DNA from: Schaalia meyeri | GTDB lineage: Bacteria; Actinomycetota; Actinomycetes; Actinomycetales; Actinomycetaceae | Assembly (NCBI RefSeq): GCF_900105015.1 | Contig: NZ_FNLK01000005.1 | Location: 360,001 to 392,000, forward strand | DNA: 32,000 bases | Reading direction: 5' to 3' | In this document: in pieces, positions 31,021 to 32,000 of the stretch | Layout: every line of letters starts with the position of its first letter | Position numbering within the stretch: the first letter of the stretch is position 1 | Notes under the pieces: model-generated | Told to the model about the DNA's origin: nothing | The model's database searches: none | What the model saw: only the letters and a program-made list of their open reading frames with translations | Position numbers and translations under genes: made by a program

Positions 31021-32000
31021 TCGTTCTCTCCTTCACCAAGAGCGGATTCTGCGCCTTCATCCGCGAGGATCCGGGCGACCGTCGCATGCGGATTCACCCG
31101 GCGGTGCTTCCACGGGACGAACGTCAGGACGAGAGCCGCGAGGATGGCGACGAGCACGGAACCCCAGCCGAAAATCATCACGAATGACTGCCTGTACGAG
31201 CCGTAACCGTCGGCGATCAGCGCGACGAGGGACATCGTCATCATGACGAAGAGAACCACGGGAATGACGATGCCGACGAGGTGCTCCCACAGCTTGGGAA
31301 CCTTCACGCTGGACACCGAATTCAGGTGGGCGCGCAGACCGCTCAACCCAGGTCCTGCGAGCGCGCACAAGAGGGCGAAAAGAATCGCGGAGGAAACGAC
31401 GCCGATCGAGTTGATGAAGTTGTCGACGATATCCAGGTTGTTCAGCCCGGAGCGCGTTCCAAAGAGCGCCAGCGAGATAACCGTGGCGGGAATGCCCAGG
31501 ACCAGCGCCGACCGTGGGGGCGACCAGCCGAACTTGTCCTGGAGGCCTCCGGACACGACCTGCAGCAGGGACAGCAGCGACGTGACGCCGGCCAGCACCA
31601 GGGACGAAAAGAAGAGAACGCCGAAGATGGGGCCGCCCGGCATCATCGAGATGATCTTCGGGAAGGTCACGAAGGACAAGATGGGGCCGGACAGCCCCTC
31701 CACCCCGGACATGGCCACGCCCCGCTGATGGGCCATGAACCCGACGGCGCTGAACACGCCGATGCCCGCGAGGATCTCGAAGGAGGAGTTCGCGAATCCC
31801 GCGACCAGCGCGGTGCCCGTCAGGTTCGACTTGGGCTTCAGGTAGGAGGCGTAGGTCAGCATGATGCCGAAGCCCACGGACAGGGAGTAGAAGATCTGGG
31901 CGAATGCGGCCAGCCACACCTGCGGGTTGGCCAGAGAGGACCAGTTGGGGGTGAAGAACGCGTTGAGTCCCTCGGTCGCGCCGGGCAGGAAGAGGGCACG
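31017..32000 (-). CDS. Sodium-dependent transporter, neurotransmitter:sodium symporter (NSS/SNF) family (5' end off the right edge)
   Basis: ORF 31017..31919 begins internally. The frame stays open to base 32000 (...RALFLPGATEGLNAFFTPNWSSLANPQVWLAAFAQIFYSLSVGFGIMLTYASYL...), a canonical NSS TM6-7 signature. Multiple TM helices follow. Confidence 0.92.
   Translation of the reverse strand, partial: RALFLPGATEGLNAFFTPNWSSLANPQVWLAAFAQIFYSLSVGFGIMLTYASYLKPKSNLTGTALVAGFANSSFEILAGIGVFSAVGFMAHQRGVAMSGVEGLSGPILSFVTFPKIISMMPGGPIFGVLFFSSLVLAGVTSLLSLLQVVSGGLQDKFGWSPPRSALVLGIPATVISLALFGTRSGLNNLDIVDNFINSIGVVSSAILFALLCALAGPGLSGLRAHLNSVSSVKVPKLWEHLVGIVIPVVLFVMMTMSLVALIADGYGSYRQSFVMIFGWGSVLVAILAALVLTFVPWKHRRVNPHATVARILADEGAESALGEGENE

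Noticed and set aside
31057-31917. 286-aa minus-strand ORF in an alternative frame of the NSS gene
   Set aside because: Its product is Arg/Pro/Gly-rich. The neighbouring frame gives canonical NSS transmembrane sequence.
1-32000. Search for CRISPR repeats, IS or transposase ends, integrases, phage genes, tRNA or rRNA, toxin-antitoxin pairs and defence islands
   Set aside because: There are no regularly spaced direct repeats. No ORF has transposase, integrase or phage motifs. No cloverleaf-like sequence occurs in any intergenic gap. GTTCGAA-type T-loop strings occur only inside lepB and rpsP coding sequence. Gene content is core and syntenic with other actinobacteria.

Overview
High-GC (about two-thirds G+C by eye) actinobacterial chromosome segment. 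It is almost entirely core housekeeping genes, mostly on the minus strand. Bases 1-12.6 kb carry the conserved block dprA-comM-yraN-DUF2469-rnhB-lepB-rplS-trmD-rimM-KH-rpsP-amidohydrolase-ffh-ftsY. The gene order matches my memory of M. tuberculosis Rv2896c..Rv2921c, but amt-glnB-glnD and lppW are absent. Next come a small membrane protein and rpoD. A second conserved block follows: polyprenyl synthase, an Rv2175c-like DNA-binding protein divergent from the PASTA kinase PknL, class II DAHP synthase, PPi-dependent phosphofructokinase, PlsC acyltransferase, DnaQ-like exonuclease, an orphan receiver-like protein, FKBP lipoprotein, ErpA, a glycerate-kinase-family protein, M20 dipeptidase, DUF3043, an orphan acidic protein, TrmH/SpoU methyltransferase, HAD-IIB hydrolase and a partial NSS transporter. 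The PPi-PFK and this synteny suggest an Actinomycetaceae-like source (inference only). I found no rRNA, tRNA, CRISPR array, transposase, integrase, phage gene or recognisable defence or toxin module. I do not think the window holds a clear novel multi-gene system. The notable oddities are: (1) TrmD fused in frame to a GNAT acetyltransferase domain; (2) a 53-codon MetS-like membrane micro-ORF overlapping the NSS stop codon and missing from the ORF track; (3) an orphan acidic protein followed by a 310-bp unassigned, foldable spacer; (4) an atypical stand-alone receiver; (5) TANNNT hexamers at a fixed offset before six start codons, implying leaderless mRNAs and revising several starts; (6) a very stable hairpin inside the rpsP-trmD operon. 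Many long ORFs in the track are antisense or out-of-frame artefacts of high GC content. Several listed ORFs have over-extended N-termini, which I trimmed using SD sequences, start/stop overlaps and homology expectations.
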